Positions 13,351 through 26,270 of a DNA stretch of 64,000 nucleotides are shown here, in pieces (the first letter of the stretch is position 1; every line of letters starts with the position of its first letter). The stretch is from Octopus vulgaris (taxonomy: Eukaryota). The stretch spans positions 9,300,001 to 9,364,000 of the forward strand of contig OX597825.1 in the NCBI GenBank assembly GCA_951406725.2, written 5' to 3'. The position numbers and the translations under genes are program-made. The notes under the pieces are model-generated. The model did not search any database. It was not told the origin of the DNA and saw nothing but the letters and a program-made list of their open reading frames with translations.

Positions 13351-13640
13351 ATGTAGACAGATATTCACTTAAGAGTACAGGCACATACTTCAAAACGCAG
13401 TACGCCTTTTGTATGTTACTGTTTCTTAAGTGGTTTGGCACGAAACCCCTGCTCCTTCGGTCTGTGATGTACTTTATCAGCTCTAAAGAAGCTATAAAAC
13501 ATCTATTATCTAAACACACTTAAACAGGAACTCGTATGTATGTATACATTTAATTATATATATATATATATATATAAAACATATATACATACATGCACAC
13601 GAATATACAATATGTATGTATGTATGTATGTATATATATA

Positions 13641-13677
<37 letters not shown>

Positions 13678-14182
13678 CAAAATATGAAAACTAGACATGA
13701 TATGCACTTCAGAAATTCTTCTTTGGCTTACTGAATACATCTTAAGATTTATTATACTGTCTAGTCAAGTGAAAAGAATTCAGGCAATCACGCCATCTTA
13801 GATTTATAGGGCCCAAAGCAATGAGGTTTCCTAAAATTCAAGCTATTCCATGATCCTCGCAAATAGGAATAGACAGAATCGTCTTTAACCCTAAAACTAT
13901 ATGGTGCAATATGATTCTAAACAGGTGGAAATATGCCTGGAGCATATTCAAACAGGTCGAAAGATTATATACTTTATTATAATTTCATATATTTAGTCAT
14001 GCCGGAAAAGAAATAATTTTCTTTTACTCGTTTTGTATGAGGAAGAAAGTTGAGAGGAAAGACTGCAAAATATTTGAGATTTACCTATTATTTTATCGCC
14101 TTAGATTGTAACGTAAAACTATAGTGAAGTTTGTATTATGAATACAGCAATAAAACTAAAATTTATGCTACATTTAACCCTA

Positions 14183-14391
14183 GGCGTAGGAGCGGCTGTG
14201 TGGTAAGTAGCTTGGAGCAAATGTCTTCTGCTATTGCCTCAGGCCGACCAAATCCTTGTGAGTGGATTTGGTAGACGGAAACTATATATATATACATATA
14301 CATAAATACTATATATATCAAGAAACATAGCACTCTTATACATATATACTATATATATATATACATATATACGACGGGCTTCGTATATATG

Positions 14392-14467
<76 letters not shown>

Positions 14468-14663
14468 CCTGCGTTTGTCCTCCTTGACAACCGATACTGG
14501 TGTGTTTACGTCCACGTAACTTAGCGTTTCGGAAAAAGTAAACGATAGAATATGTACTAGGCTTACAAAGGATAAGTCCAGGGATCGATTTGCTCGACTA
14601 AAGGCGGTGCTCCAGCATGGCCACAGTCAAATGACTGAAACAATTAAAAGAGAGTAAAAGAGA
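14183..14663 (+). mobile_element. SINE family B with internal deletion and internal inversion
   Basis: Collinear with 12940-13350, except that the B-box region is lost and segment 14284-14382 is inverted. Confidence 0.9.
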
Positions 14664-14823
14664 CTAGGATTACATTTATTTCCTACCTTTTCTTTCAACT
14701 TACCTGCTGAAAATGTGTCCTGTCTTTCGCTCAAAAACACCAACTAAATACTCATTTAATAATTCTATTCTGTCGTAAGACAATGAAAATGTGGATATAA
14801 TTACAGTTACAATATCCTTGATA

Positions 14824-14986
14824 GGTGCAGGAGTGGCTGTGTGGTAAGTAGCTTGCTTACCACCCACATGGTTCCGGGTTCAGTCCCACTGCATGGCACC
14901 TTGGGCAAGTGTCTTCTTCTACTATAGCCTCGGGCCGACCAAAGCCTTGTGAGTGGATTTGGTAGACGGAAACTGAAAGAAGCCCG

Positions 14987-15045
<59 letters not shown>

Positions 15046-15272
15046 GTGTGTATGTATATGTTTGTGTGTCTGTGTTTATCCCCCCAACATCGCTTGACAA
15101 CCGAAGCTGGTGTGTTTGCGTCACTGTCACTTAGCGGTTCGGCGAAAGAGTCCGATAGAATAAGTACTAGGCTTACAAAGAATAAGTCCTGGGATCGATG
15201 TGCTCGACTAAAGGCGGTGCTCCAGCATGGCCGCAGTCAAATGACTGAAACAATTAAACGATAAAAGATAAA
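14824..15272 (+). mobile_element. SINE family B, full length
   Basis: Collinear with 12940-13350; long internal (TA)n. Confidence 0.93.
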
Positions 15273-16819
15273 TAAAAAGCGATGGTATGGCTATTAGTGC
15301 TATGTTTCTTGATCAAAGAGTTAGAAGCGTTTCATCACAACTGACAAAGGAACAGCTGAACAGTATCTGTCAGAGTTATTGAAAGTGTGGATGGTGTGTC
15401 ATGACCTACAAATGCCTTCCAAAGTCGATGGTATAAATATAGTTAAAGTCCACCTTAACTCTTTCGTCTTACTTCAGGTACAAGATTACAATTTATAATG
15501 TAGAAATAGTATAAGCGACACTCATATTAAGCTTGTTTACGAATATTATTTGTAATAGTTTTAACTGTGGGGAATCCGATTCGCACGTATTGAAAAATAT
15601 CGTGTTTACTTCAGTCTATATTACTGAGAAAATAAATGACAGAACATTTTGGAAGTTAGAAAAAATGCATATATCGGTCCAAGAAGAATATGGCTATCAT
15701 GAATAAGATCATAATTCCAAATCTAACAAAACTATGTGTATAGAATATGTCACTTAAGAAGTGAACTTGCCTGAACTATCCTAAATTTTTAGCTTTTGCT
15801 CTCAGTTTCAGAGTAAAAAATTATTTCGGTGCACAATGTTGTCTTTAGATAAATTGTGATAAATTCTAATCTGCTATGACATTTCTGCTCCGTATATTTT
15901 TGTTTGGTTAATATATCAATCTTAATGTTAACCTAAATCCAGTTACACTACCTGACATGTTTCTCACACTTTATCTCCTTCATCAAACACAGTGTTATGG
16001 TAACCATGTTGTTAAATTGCATCATGCGTAATTTAATAGAGATATCATGCTAAGTTAATCTTTAAAACCAAAGAACGCGGCAATATTTTTTAATGCTAGA
16101 TTCTAACACGAGCACATTGCTAGTACTAAATTCAATAGAGAAAGTCGTTGTTGGATATTTAGCTGTACTGTATATGTCTACCTAAATGATTTATAAAATT
16201 CATGTTCACAATTCTCGTTTCAATGAAGAATATTCTTCGTTTGGATGATGCACTCATACTGCAGCCTATAAAAGTAGCTCTAGCCAACTTGGATATGGTT
16301 CGATATGACATAAATACAATTCATATCGTAATAATTAATTTATTATATTGATATATGGCCATAAATCAAGAGGGAAATTCTTCTAATTCAATAAATCTCA
16401 GAACACATATGGTATTAGAGAATGAATCAGGCATATGTACGACAAAGTGAAGTTTTAGTACAACATAAAGTGAAAAGTTGGAGAGATTAAATTAAATATT
16501 TGTCATTCTATATGGAATCAATTGCTTTGGATGTTACTCTTAGTATGTAGCTATTTTCTATTTTTTCCATATTTTTCTATCTAGATTATGCTTCTCACCA
16601 CCCAGAAATCTACCAATAGTTATCTTTTGCTTTCACAGTACTATACAACGCTAAAGTTCACGATATTAAACACATTTATCTCAATTTGTAATAACAGCCT
16701 CCCAAAATAAAAACGCAAGGCATAATTGACAAGCGTTTATGTTCCTCAGCTACACCCAGAACCTTGTTCTGATTTTTCTTTTCTCTCTCAATAGTGTTAC
16801 TCTATACATCAATATGAAT

Positions 16820-17095
16820 ACGAAAGTAAAAGTAAAAATCTCTGCATTAGATAATTCTCCCTCTCTGACTGATTCTAATACAATAACTCTGATATCGTGA
16901 TGTATATTTGCCACCTAAAAGTGGCTGACCCATTAGAGACGGCTAGCTATTGACGTACTCTCTGTGCCCTATCAGTATTTGCAAAGGGAGACCATCGTTC
17001 ACAGCAGCTTCTTTTTGGTGCAAAATATACATCATGGTGTCGTACTGCTACTGTTTATATCTCGCTCAGAGATTTATTATTGCTTAACTCTACTA
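16820..17095. mobile_element. Old MITE-like fold-back element
   Basis: GATATCGTGATGTATATTTGCCACCTAAAAGTGGCTG (16891-16927) is an imperfect reverse complement of 17005-17041; weaker outer arms AAATCTCTG/CAGAGATTT. Confidence 0.5.
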
Positions 17096-17112
17096 TAGTG
17101 TGTGCGTGTGTC

Positions 17113-17252
17113 TGTGTGGGAGACAAGAAGCTTGTTTCCCAACCAAGCAGTTCTAGGTTCATTCCTCTTGCTTGGCACATTGGTATAGCCAATGGACGAC
17201 CAAACCGTTGTTAGTAATTTGGTAGACGAAGAGTGTGAGAGAAGTCCGTTAT
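17113..17252 (+). mobile_element. SINE family B, degraded 5' half
   Basis: AAGAAGCTTGTTTCCCAACC...GACCAAACCGTTGTTAGTAATTTGGTAGACG...GAAGTCCGTTATA. Confidence 0.7.
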
Positions 17253-17290
17253 ATATATATATATATATGCAACGGGCTTATTTGTGTATA

Positions 17291-17353
<63 letters not shown>

Positions 17354-17358
<5 letters not shown>

Positions 17359-17656
17359 TATATGGGTATAGGACGTTCCAAAACGTATACAACATGAAAT
17401 ACGAAGACAGGCTTGGGTGTGCAAACAACAACAGAAAGAAATAGAAAACAAGACAAGTAACATAAAGAACGACCCTTCATCAGTTGTCGGCTGTCCACCT
17501 TCTCCTCCTTTCGAACATTAAACGAGTAGATGGGTAACCGACAACTGATGAATGGTCGTTGTTTTCCATTTCTTTCTCTCGTTGTTTTCATACCCAAGCT
17601 TGTCTTCGTATTTCACGTTGTATACGCTTTGTGACGTCCTGTACCCATTTATGCAT
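17354..17656. mobile_element. Long inverted-repeat (fold-back) element inserted in (TA)n; possibly Penelope-derived
   Basis: Arms 17354-17504 and 17524-17656 are imperfect reverse complements; (TA)n on both sides; CTGATGAA at 17545-17552 and its complement in the left arm. Confidence 0.75.
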
Positions 17657-19245
17657 ATATATATATATATATATATATATGCTTGTGTGTATGTATGTAT
17701 TAAATATATATATACGTTCCAAATGACTTTGCCTAAAATATTTCTTGTTCATATTTATGTTTCACTGCTCACCGAACACCATAAAACATTATGCACTTTC
17801 CGATTGTAACATTCGATCCGCATTCTAAGTATTTATCCTACATATTTTCTCTTTAAAAACATAGGCATTGATGACTTCAGTGCATGTAATTCTTTTACAG
17901 CAACTATCGCTTGTAACAGATATGCTCCACATCTTATTCGAATTTTGCTGAGGAAATCATAGAATATATTATTCAATATTTCACCACCTGAATCTCTCAC
18001 AAACCTAAAAGGTGCGACCTCAGAATGCATACATTTTACACAAACGGCTACAAATTGCTCCCAAGGAAGCCAAAAGCATTTTTCTGTTCACTCATCTGAC
18101 GATTAAATTTCGTAAAATTCGATTGCCTATAAAGGAAATCATGCGTTTTGCCTATCACGCTGCGTAGAAGCTTTTTCAACTACCAAGTACGATCAGGATT
18201 TCTATTCACTTGACAACTTCACAGAGGCATCATACGCATCACTTCTCTGCAGAACTGTATTATCTGACGGCTTTGATTCCTAGATCCATACGCTTAAATA
18301 GAACAAACCACATCGCTTCGCTTTCTTAAAAGCGCTTTCATCGACATTATAAAGAGATAGTTAGCAAGTGTGAAAAACTATCCTTCCTTGCTCATACCTT
18401 TCTCTATAATTCTTTTTAAATATCAACCGCATTACCAGAATGCCTTAAACGTCACGACGTGTAAATGATGTATCACAGCTACCCAACTGTCTCAAAACAA
18501 TAATCGTTAAGCTTTCGCTTCAAAACCTGTAATAAGGGAATATATATGTATATACATTGTGTTTATGCGTGTAGTTGGATGTGCATATGCGTATGAATGT
18601 ATACTCGTAGCTGGATACTGTATTAATGACTTTGCTTTACTGTCCTGTTCACAAAGGCAATAGATGGATGCCCTGTCCACCAAACTAGACCCGTTTGACG
18701 TAAATAACATAAAAGTAGTAAAACAAATATATATTTACTATCTTCCATTCAGTGTATGGATTTTCATCTCTGTCCTTCTCGCCATTCCTTTATATCCTTC
18801 CTCTCTTAACATTTCCATCTTATTTGTCTTCTGTTTGTCTTTTTCTGAAATAATTCCTTGCTTATCCATAAAATATATCACTGATCTATATAAGCATATA
18901 GATGCAGCATAGATCTTACTGTATTTTGTGCTGTTAATACAGAAAAAAAATTGTCAATCATTTCTGTGCAACAGTACCATTCGGCTTTCTGAAACATGCA
19001 TGTGTTACATAAAGTTTAAAAACATCAATTATACTTTCCACGTTCCTTATTACTATATATACATATATTAATGTTTGTTTTTATGTCGATTTATAATAAA
19101 AACAATTTTACATTAATTTGAAGTTTTACTTTGTGTAGAGTTCATTTTGTTTTATTCTTTACGAAGAATAATGCTCACACGGACTTCGAGGTTTCAGGCC
19201 GGCTTGGCCTCCACCGACTTCGAACTAACCATCAACACTATTCTT

Positions 19246-19477
19246 ATTTCTTTATTACCCACTAGGGGCTAAGCACAGAGGTAACAAACAAGGACAGGCA
19301 AACGGATTAAGTCGATTACATCAACCCCATTCCTTAAATGGTACTCAATTTATCGACCCCGAAAGGATGAAAGGCAAAGTCGACCTCGGCGGAATTTAAA
19401 ATCAGAACGTAACGGCATACGAAATACTACTAAGCATTTCGTCCGGCCTGCTAACGTTTCTGCCAGCTCGCCGCCTT
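19246..19477 (-). mobile_element. SINE family A monomer
   Basis: Reverse complement of 1915-2147; imperfect TSD ACCATyAACACTATTCTT at 19228-19245 and 19494-19511. Confidence 0.92.
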
Positions 19478-20117
19478 TAAACACTATTTAAACACCATTA
19501 ACACTATTCTTGCTAAAGGTTAATGTGTGTATTGGCAGATAGATGTGTGTTTGTGTGCGTATGTGTGCATGTAAGATATGTATGTGTATGTATGATCCAG
19601 TACCGAGAGTTATCCCGGTAGTGTAACGAAACACTACTAATATAACTTACGATTTAGCAGTAGACGTCAAGATTTTCTATATTTCATACAATAATTTCTA
19701 GAATAAATTATACGAACACAAAACATTTCAAGATACGATCACGATAATATGATACGTCGCAAAATTTAACTACTAGTTTATAGAATAGAATTTATCTCTA
19801 TAAAAGCTTAATTTACAGTCGCTTCCAGCTACTTAAGTAATGGGAAATTTTTAAATATTTTATGTGAAATAATGTAGTGTAGATGTACTTGTGTATCCAC
19901 TTGAGCCTATATATCTAAATGGCAGATTTGTAAGATTTTACATAGAGTTCAACTTGTATCACAAAACAGAAACCAGGTGCAATGAATGATATATGCAATG
20001 TTTTAAGCGGGAAGGTTTTATAATCATAAGCTTCTTTGAGTGCCTCCTTAAACATTGTTCTGAAAATGCACTTTTAAGCATTTACCATTTTAAATAGTAC
20101 TCTTCCTGAGAACAAAT

Positions 20118-20127
20118 TATATATCTA

Positions 20128-20178
<51 letters not shown>

Positions 20179-20222
20179 ATATATATATATATATATATAT
20201 ATGCATATATATATATATATAC

Positions 20223-20260
<38 letters not shown>

Positions 20261-20348
20261 GTATTATATATATATATATATATGAATATATATACATACA
20301 TATATATATATATGCATATATATACATATTTATATACATATATATAAT

Positions 20349-20379
<31 letters not shown>

Positions 20380-20428
20380 CTGTGTGTGTGTGTGTGAGTG
20401 TGTGTGTGTGTGTGTACATACATACATA
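20118..20428. repeat. Compound (TCTA)n-(TA)n-(TACA)n-(TG)n microsatellite
   Basis: Direct reading. Confidence 0.96.
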
Positions 20429-20727
20429 AAGCACTATAAGTGCTCTTCAATTAATAAAATATCAACTGATATGAGTTGAATTATGAAACAGAAACGCACA
20501 TAACAACAGAAAGCATCAAATCCCTGTAAGTTATGATGTGTTCAAATTTATTACAATTTCTTTATGGTTTCTAGATAAAAGAAAGCCATTTGAATAAATA
20601 ACTACTGCTTTGAGATATAAAAGAAGATTTGTTAATTTGTTAGTGGCTTCAAATATTTGCTAATGTTAAATTACAACGACAGTAAATAATTTAATTATTG
20701 TAGCATTCCGCCATCCAAAATAGGTTA

Positions 20728-21060
20728 CGGCGCGCTGGCAGAAACGTTAGCACGCCGGGCGAAATGCTTCGCCGTATTTCGTCTGAGTTCAAATTCCCCC
20801 AAGGTCGACTTTGCCTTTCATCCTTTCGGGGTCGATAAATTAAGTACCAGTTACGCACTGTGGTAATAAAGACATGGGTATTTCGTCTGCCGTTACGTTG
20901 AAAGTTCAAATTCCGCAAAATTCGACATTGCTTTTCATTCTTTCAGGGTCAATTAAATAACTACCTGTTACGCACTGGGATCGAAGTAATGAACTTACTC
21001 CCTATGTCTGTCCTTGTTTCCCTTTCTCTGTTTAGCCCCATGTGAGTAATAAAGAAAGAA
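20728..21060 (+). mobile_element. SINE family A dimer with internal deletions
   Basis: Head, core, then a second unit starting GGTATTTCGTCTGCC at about 20877. Confidence 0.88.
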
Positions 21061-22320
21061 ATATATTACAATCCCTCCACGTTGATTGTAGCTAGGCTGT
21101 AAGCCAATGTGATAAGCTGAATGTGCGTGGGTATGTATTTGTATACGGCACAAACCTCGCAACGGTATCTAGGGAAAACATTGATAAAAACCATATTCGT
21201 TTGAGAAATAAATTGTTCGAATGACTTATAATTTGAGAAAATGTATATGAAGACATATTTATAGTTATACGAGGATATATAGCGAAATATGAAGATGATT
21301 TTTATACACAGAATTTATTTTGATTTTAAATTCCTTAAAACATATTTTTGATGTGGGATACATTTTCACTTCTTTCTGTTTTCATGTGTATGTGTATGTG
21401 TATGTGTTACTATCATCTGTGTTTGTGTTAATATCTGTGCATGCATGTTTGTTTCTTATAGAGACCCACAAACTGTTAAAAATAAAACTTACCGTTATAA
21501 ACAACGTAACACAACCCCTTTATGAACGGAATATAATCGAGTAAATTTAACCTCTAATTCGACTGATACTTATTTTATCGACCTAGAAAACATGATAAGC
21601 AAGGAGAGCCAGGGCCGGATTTTATTGCAGCCGCAAAAGAACTTATCTCTATTTTGCTCCATTCCCATTGAGTATTTCACAACACTACACATCGTGTTCA
21701 TAATAAATAATACTAACATAATTACAAGACCAAAGCAGTTCAATCGATACATATACTTTACTGATAATTAAAGAGTTGACCGCAGTTAATAAATTATCTT
21801 ATATACAGTGTGTTTTTATGAAAGACACTTTTTTGACGTGAATGTTTATATTTTACCATTATCGCAATTAACTTCCTAATCCGACGTCAAATTCTATATT
21901 ATATATATATAACCAATTAGTTCTGATTTATATATTGGCAATTTCTAAAATCTAGACTTTAAATATAATAAGTGTTGATATAAATATCAATATTTCTTTT
22001 TAAGTATGTATTTCAAAAATATTAAGACATTGACCAGTATTCTGCCTTTCTAATCAATGCTTCATTAAAAAAAACATATGCCGCCCTACGAATACCGTTT
22101 TTCTAAGAATGCCACTTGACGAGTGTCCCTTAGAAGACGATTGTTCGTAAATACAGGCACGAATACATGAATATATTTACATATGAATATACATAGATAT
22201 AAATATATAAGTTATTATATGTAAAATATAAAGTTGATATATATAAAATATACATGTGTGAAATACACATATATATATAAATGTATAAGTATATATATAT
22301 ATATATATAAAAATATCTAT

Positions 22321-23463
22321 AAAACCACCGTCAAAATCTTGTTTATTTTTGTGTTTTTTTATTTATTATTAGTGTTACTTAATATGTTTTGCTAACATTG
22401 CTGTTTCTTTTCAGATATCATTAGGAAAAGGAAATTAAAATTCGTCAAAATGACAGATCTATCGGACTGGTCAATTTCTTGGTGTTCGTATGATAGGCGC
22501 TAGCGTAATGAAAAGCCGAAAGGTTTAGCGTATCAAGAAGTACTGTCTGGAAAGTAATGAGGAAGAGGGAAAAACCTCCTCGTCGAAACAAAACTCCGGA
22601 AGAAAACCAAAGATGTTAGACTGGGACCGTCGGATTATTACACGAAACGTTAGAAAGGATCACAAAAGAACAGCGCCCAAAATTACTGCAGATCCTAATG
22701 ATCACCGGGAGCTGCACAAAGCCGGTTTTCACGGATCAGAAAAACCACTATTTTCAAAAACAAACGTTGCAAAGCGTTTAGAGTGGAGTAAAAGCCTGTA
22801 GTATTGCTCCCTAGAGCAGTGGAAGAATGTTATTATCTCGGACGAATCATCTTTACCCTATTTCCGACTACCCAACGAGTATACGTGTGAGGACAACCAA
22901 AATAAGCATTTAACCCAGAGTGCCTTCTTCTAACTGTTAAACATGGAGGAGGATCTGTTATGATCTATGGGCGGGGGCTATTTCTTGGAAATCCCCTGGC
23001 CCAATGGTTTCTTTTCATGGCAGAATTAATAGTTATGATTAGTTAAGCATTTTATCTGATCAAATTCATCCTATGGTTGCGGAACTGTTTCCGGAGGGAA
23101 ACGCAATCTTTCAGGATGATAATGCACCAATTCACACAGCGAAGGTTGTTACTGAATTGCACGTGGAACATTCTGGTGAAGTGGACCATCCTTTCTGGCC
23201 ACTACAGTCCCCATATCTCAAAATAATTGAACATTTATGGTGAATTTTAGAAAAACAAGTAAGCAGTCAATATTCCCCACCGTAATCACTACAAGAACTG
23301 GAGACTGTTTTCGCTCAAGAATGGACAAAGATTCCTTTAGAAACAATTCAAACTTTGTACGAGACCATATCTCAGAATTCCAGCTGGAATTACTGTCAAA
23401 GGCATATTAAAATAAATGTATTTTAAATTTTAAGGTGTTTCCATTATTTTGTCCAATCGCTGT
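22321..23463 (+). mobile_element. Decayed near full-length Tc1-like DNA transposon with DD36E spacing
   Basis: ATG at 22450 (MTDLSD), KQNSGRKPK, RELHKAGFHG, WKNVIISDES (22820-22849), TVKHGGGSVMI, FQDDNAPIHT, WPLQSPYLKIIEHLW; several stops and frameshifts. Right TIR-like GGTGTTTCCATTATTTTGTCCAATCGCTG; left TIR eroded. Confidence 0.93.
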
Positions 23464-23504
23464 GTATATACATTGATATTTTTCGGGACCAGAAAAATAT
23501 TTAG

Positions 23505-23647
23505 GATCGTCTGACGAACGGTTACGTGTAACACTGAGCGGCAGTTTGTAAAAGACTTCTCAGCTTCAATAGAGTAATATTTCACTCTGCTTTTGGTATT
23601 CGAGCAATATTTTCTCCTCTTTTCTCCTCTCTGTTCTGCACTTATGT

Positions 23648-23648
<1 letters not shown>
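23505..23648 (+). mobile_element. Possible Penelope-type pseudo-LTR fragment
   Basis: CTGACGA (23511-23517) followed by a GTTAC/GTAAC hairpin, no GAAA; abuts a (CT)n tract. Confidence 0.25.
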
Positions 23649-23691
<43 letters not shown>

Positions 23692-23895
23692 TCTCTGTTT
23701 CACTCTCGCTCTCTCTCTCACACTCACACACACTCACACATATGTACAAATGTGCATGCCTGAACACACACAGATATATATATACATATATGTATATATA
23801 CACATACATACGTATATATACATATATTCATACATAATATAGATATATACATTTATATATTTATACAGATATAGATATATACATCTATATATATA

Positions 23896-23931
<36 letters not shown>

Positions 23932-24040
23932 GGCACACATACATATATATACATACAGAGAGAGAGGGGGGACAGAGAGAGAGAGTGAAAGAGAGACAGT
24001 GTGTGTGTGTGTGTGTTTGTGTGTGTGTGTTTGTGTGTGA
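23649..24040. repeat. Compound (CT)n-(TA)n-(GA)n-(TG)n microsatellite region
   Basis: Direct reading. Confidence 0.93.
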
Positions 24041-24220
24041 AAGAGAGAACTCAAGGAAGTAGATGCCAGACAGAATGATAGAGAGAGGGGACGAGAGAAA
24101 TGGATAAATGATATATACATTACTTCACGTTTCTGACACTTGTAAGAAATGTCTAAAGCATATACGTATATATATATATATAGGTATCACTACTAGCTGC
24201 ATTCCTGGTGTGTAATCTAT

Positions 24221-24256
<36 letters not shown>

Positions 24257-25847
24257 CTTTTCCTAAAGAAAGAAATATTAAACAACATTCTCCAAAGTCT
24301 AGCTATCATAAAAAGATGAAGGCAAGCAGGACGTACGATTAATCAGTCTAAAGAAAAATATATAACAACGTCGAATCGTATGTTTTACACAATTCTGCTC
24401 TTCATAAAAATCTATTCTCTTTTATTCTTAAACACCATATTGAAATGATTTTTTTTTCTTTTATAACGATGAATGTTTTTTCATGATACGATAACTTTTA
24501 CGTGAACAGACTAATGCGCCTATCAAATAGCCCGATGAACAGAAGGTAAATTACCATTCCCTCCTGACATTTTATGTAAAGATAGATTTTCTTTTGCTTT
24601 CTAAATTCTTAGTATGAAACCATTTTTCTTTCCCCTTTAATCTAAAAAGAAGACTATTGCATCATCATTAGCTCTGCTTGTTCCCTCTTTTTAGTAACCA
24701 GGGGAAACAGCCAGTAGACGAATATCACGGAAGGTTAGATGTTCGATTTTACTTTCGCTTTCTAATTTAATACATGCTTTTCTTTTTTTTTACTTTATTT
24801 TCCTGTCTGTAGGGAAGATTTTACATAGCAGAGTTGAAGTTAGTCACCAATCAAATTTTAGTTTCTCATTGACATACAAGAAACGCAAAGATACTTGAAA
24901 ACTTAATTTCGCTTTTAACCTCCGCCTCCTTAAATGGTAAATGTCAATTCTGCCTACATCTTTGCATTCAGAGATGAATTATGAAGAAAAATAGCAAGCA
25001 TTAAACATCATCGCTTTATTGAAACATTCAATAACATAACAAATAAGAGAAAATTCTTTAATCAAGTATACATTATATGATATTATATACCTACGCACAA
25101 GTAGGTATATAATACATAAACTCTTATATTTTCATACTCCAATTCTATTACAATTTCTAAAACTGATAATGGAACTATAAAAAATTTCAACAATATACCT
25201 TAGATTTTTTGTATATTAATACAAGTTTCGTTATGGAGGGAGATAAATATCTAAGTATATTATAACAACGTATGAAACTAAACAGTTTTGTAAGGAAGGA
25301 ATATTGCACATGCGCTTTGCAACACTTCCGAGACCAGTGAGATTGTACCACTAATGTTCTGTTGAAACAACACCTGCAGGAAAGACATGATTAAGGGAAA
25401 GATTTTAAATGGCTAATACATGGAAAGAAAAGCTCGAGCATATTGATAAGGGGACCGAAGAAGCTGAATACACGAAGTGTAGAATTTTGGGATAGACAAG
25501 AATGTCTGTGCAGAGGGGATACAATGACAATCGGTTCACAGAGACAGAAGCCATGATAGTAACAATAGAAAACCCAGAGAGCAGATACAAAACATCTGTG
25601 AAATGAAGGTTTTGAAGGTGTCTGATAGTACCTGAATTCCAATCCATCGAGTGGTCTTACTCTGGGTGCAGTCCGTCTATGACCTGTGCATGCGAACATA
25701 ATTTCATTACAGGTCTGGCTTTTAAGAGAAGAAAAGTATTTCGGATGCTGTCCTAGATATGTCAAAATCTGATTTTTTCCCGGAGAGATTCTCGGTGATA
25801 ATGAGGAGAAATATTTTGTGCGACTTTGGCAGCGAAATTTAATGTGT

Positions 25848-26270
25848 AAGGCGACGAGCTGGCAGAAACGCTAGCACGCCGGACGAAATGCTTAGCGGTA
25901 TTTCGTCAGCCGTTACGTTCTGAGTTCAAATTTCGCCGAGGTCGACTTTGCCTTTCGTTCTCTTGGGGTCGATAAATTAAGTACCAGTTACGCACTAGGG
26001 TCGATGTAATCGATTTAATCCGGTTGTCTGTCCTTATTTGTCCTCTCTGTGTTTAGCCCCTTGCGGGTAGTAAAGGAATAGGTATTCCGTCTGTCGCTAC
26101 GTTCTGAATTCAAATTCCGCCGAGGTCGACTTTGCCTTTCATCCTCTCGTGGTCGATTAAATAAGTACCAGTTACGCGCTGGGGTCAATATAATCTACTT
26201 AATCCGTTTGTCTGACCTTGTTTGTCCCCCCTGGGTGTAGCCCCTTGTGGGCAGTAAAGAAATAAGAAAC
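25848..26270 (+). mobile_element. SINE family A dimer
   Basis: Full monomer 25848-26080 plus a headless monomer starting GGTATTCCGTC at 26081. Confidence 0.93.

Noticed and set aside
25390-25700. HLQNLHFTDVLYLLS, similar to an RT FADD motif (minus strand)
   Set aside because: A single weak motif without flanking support.
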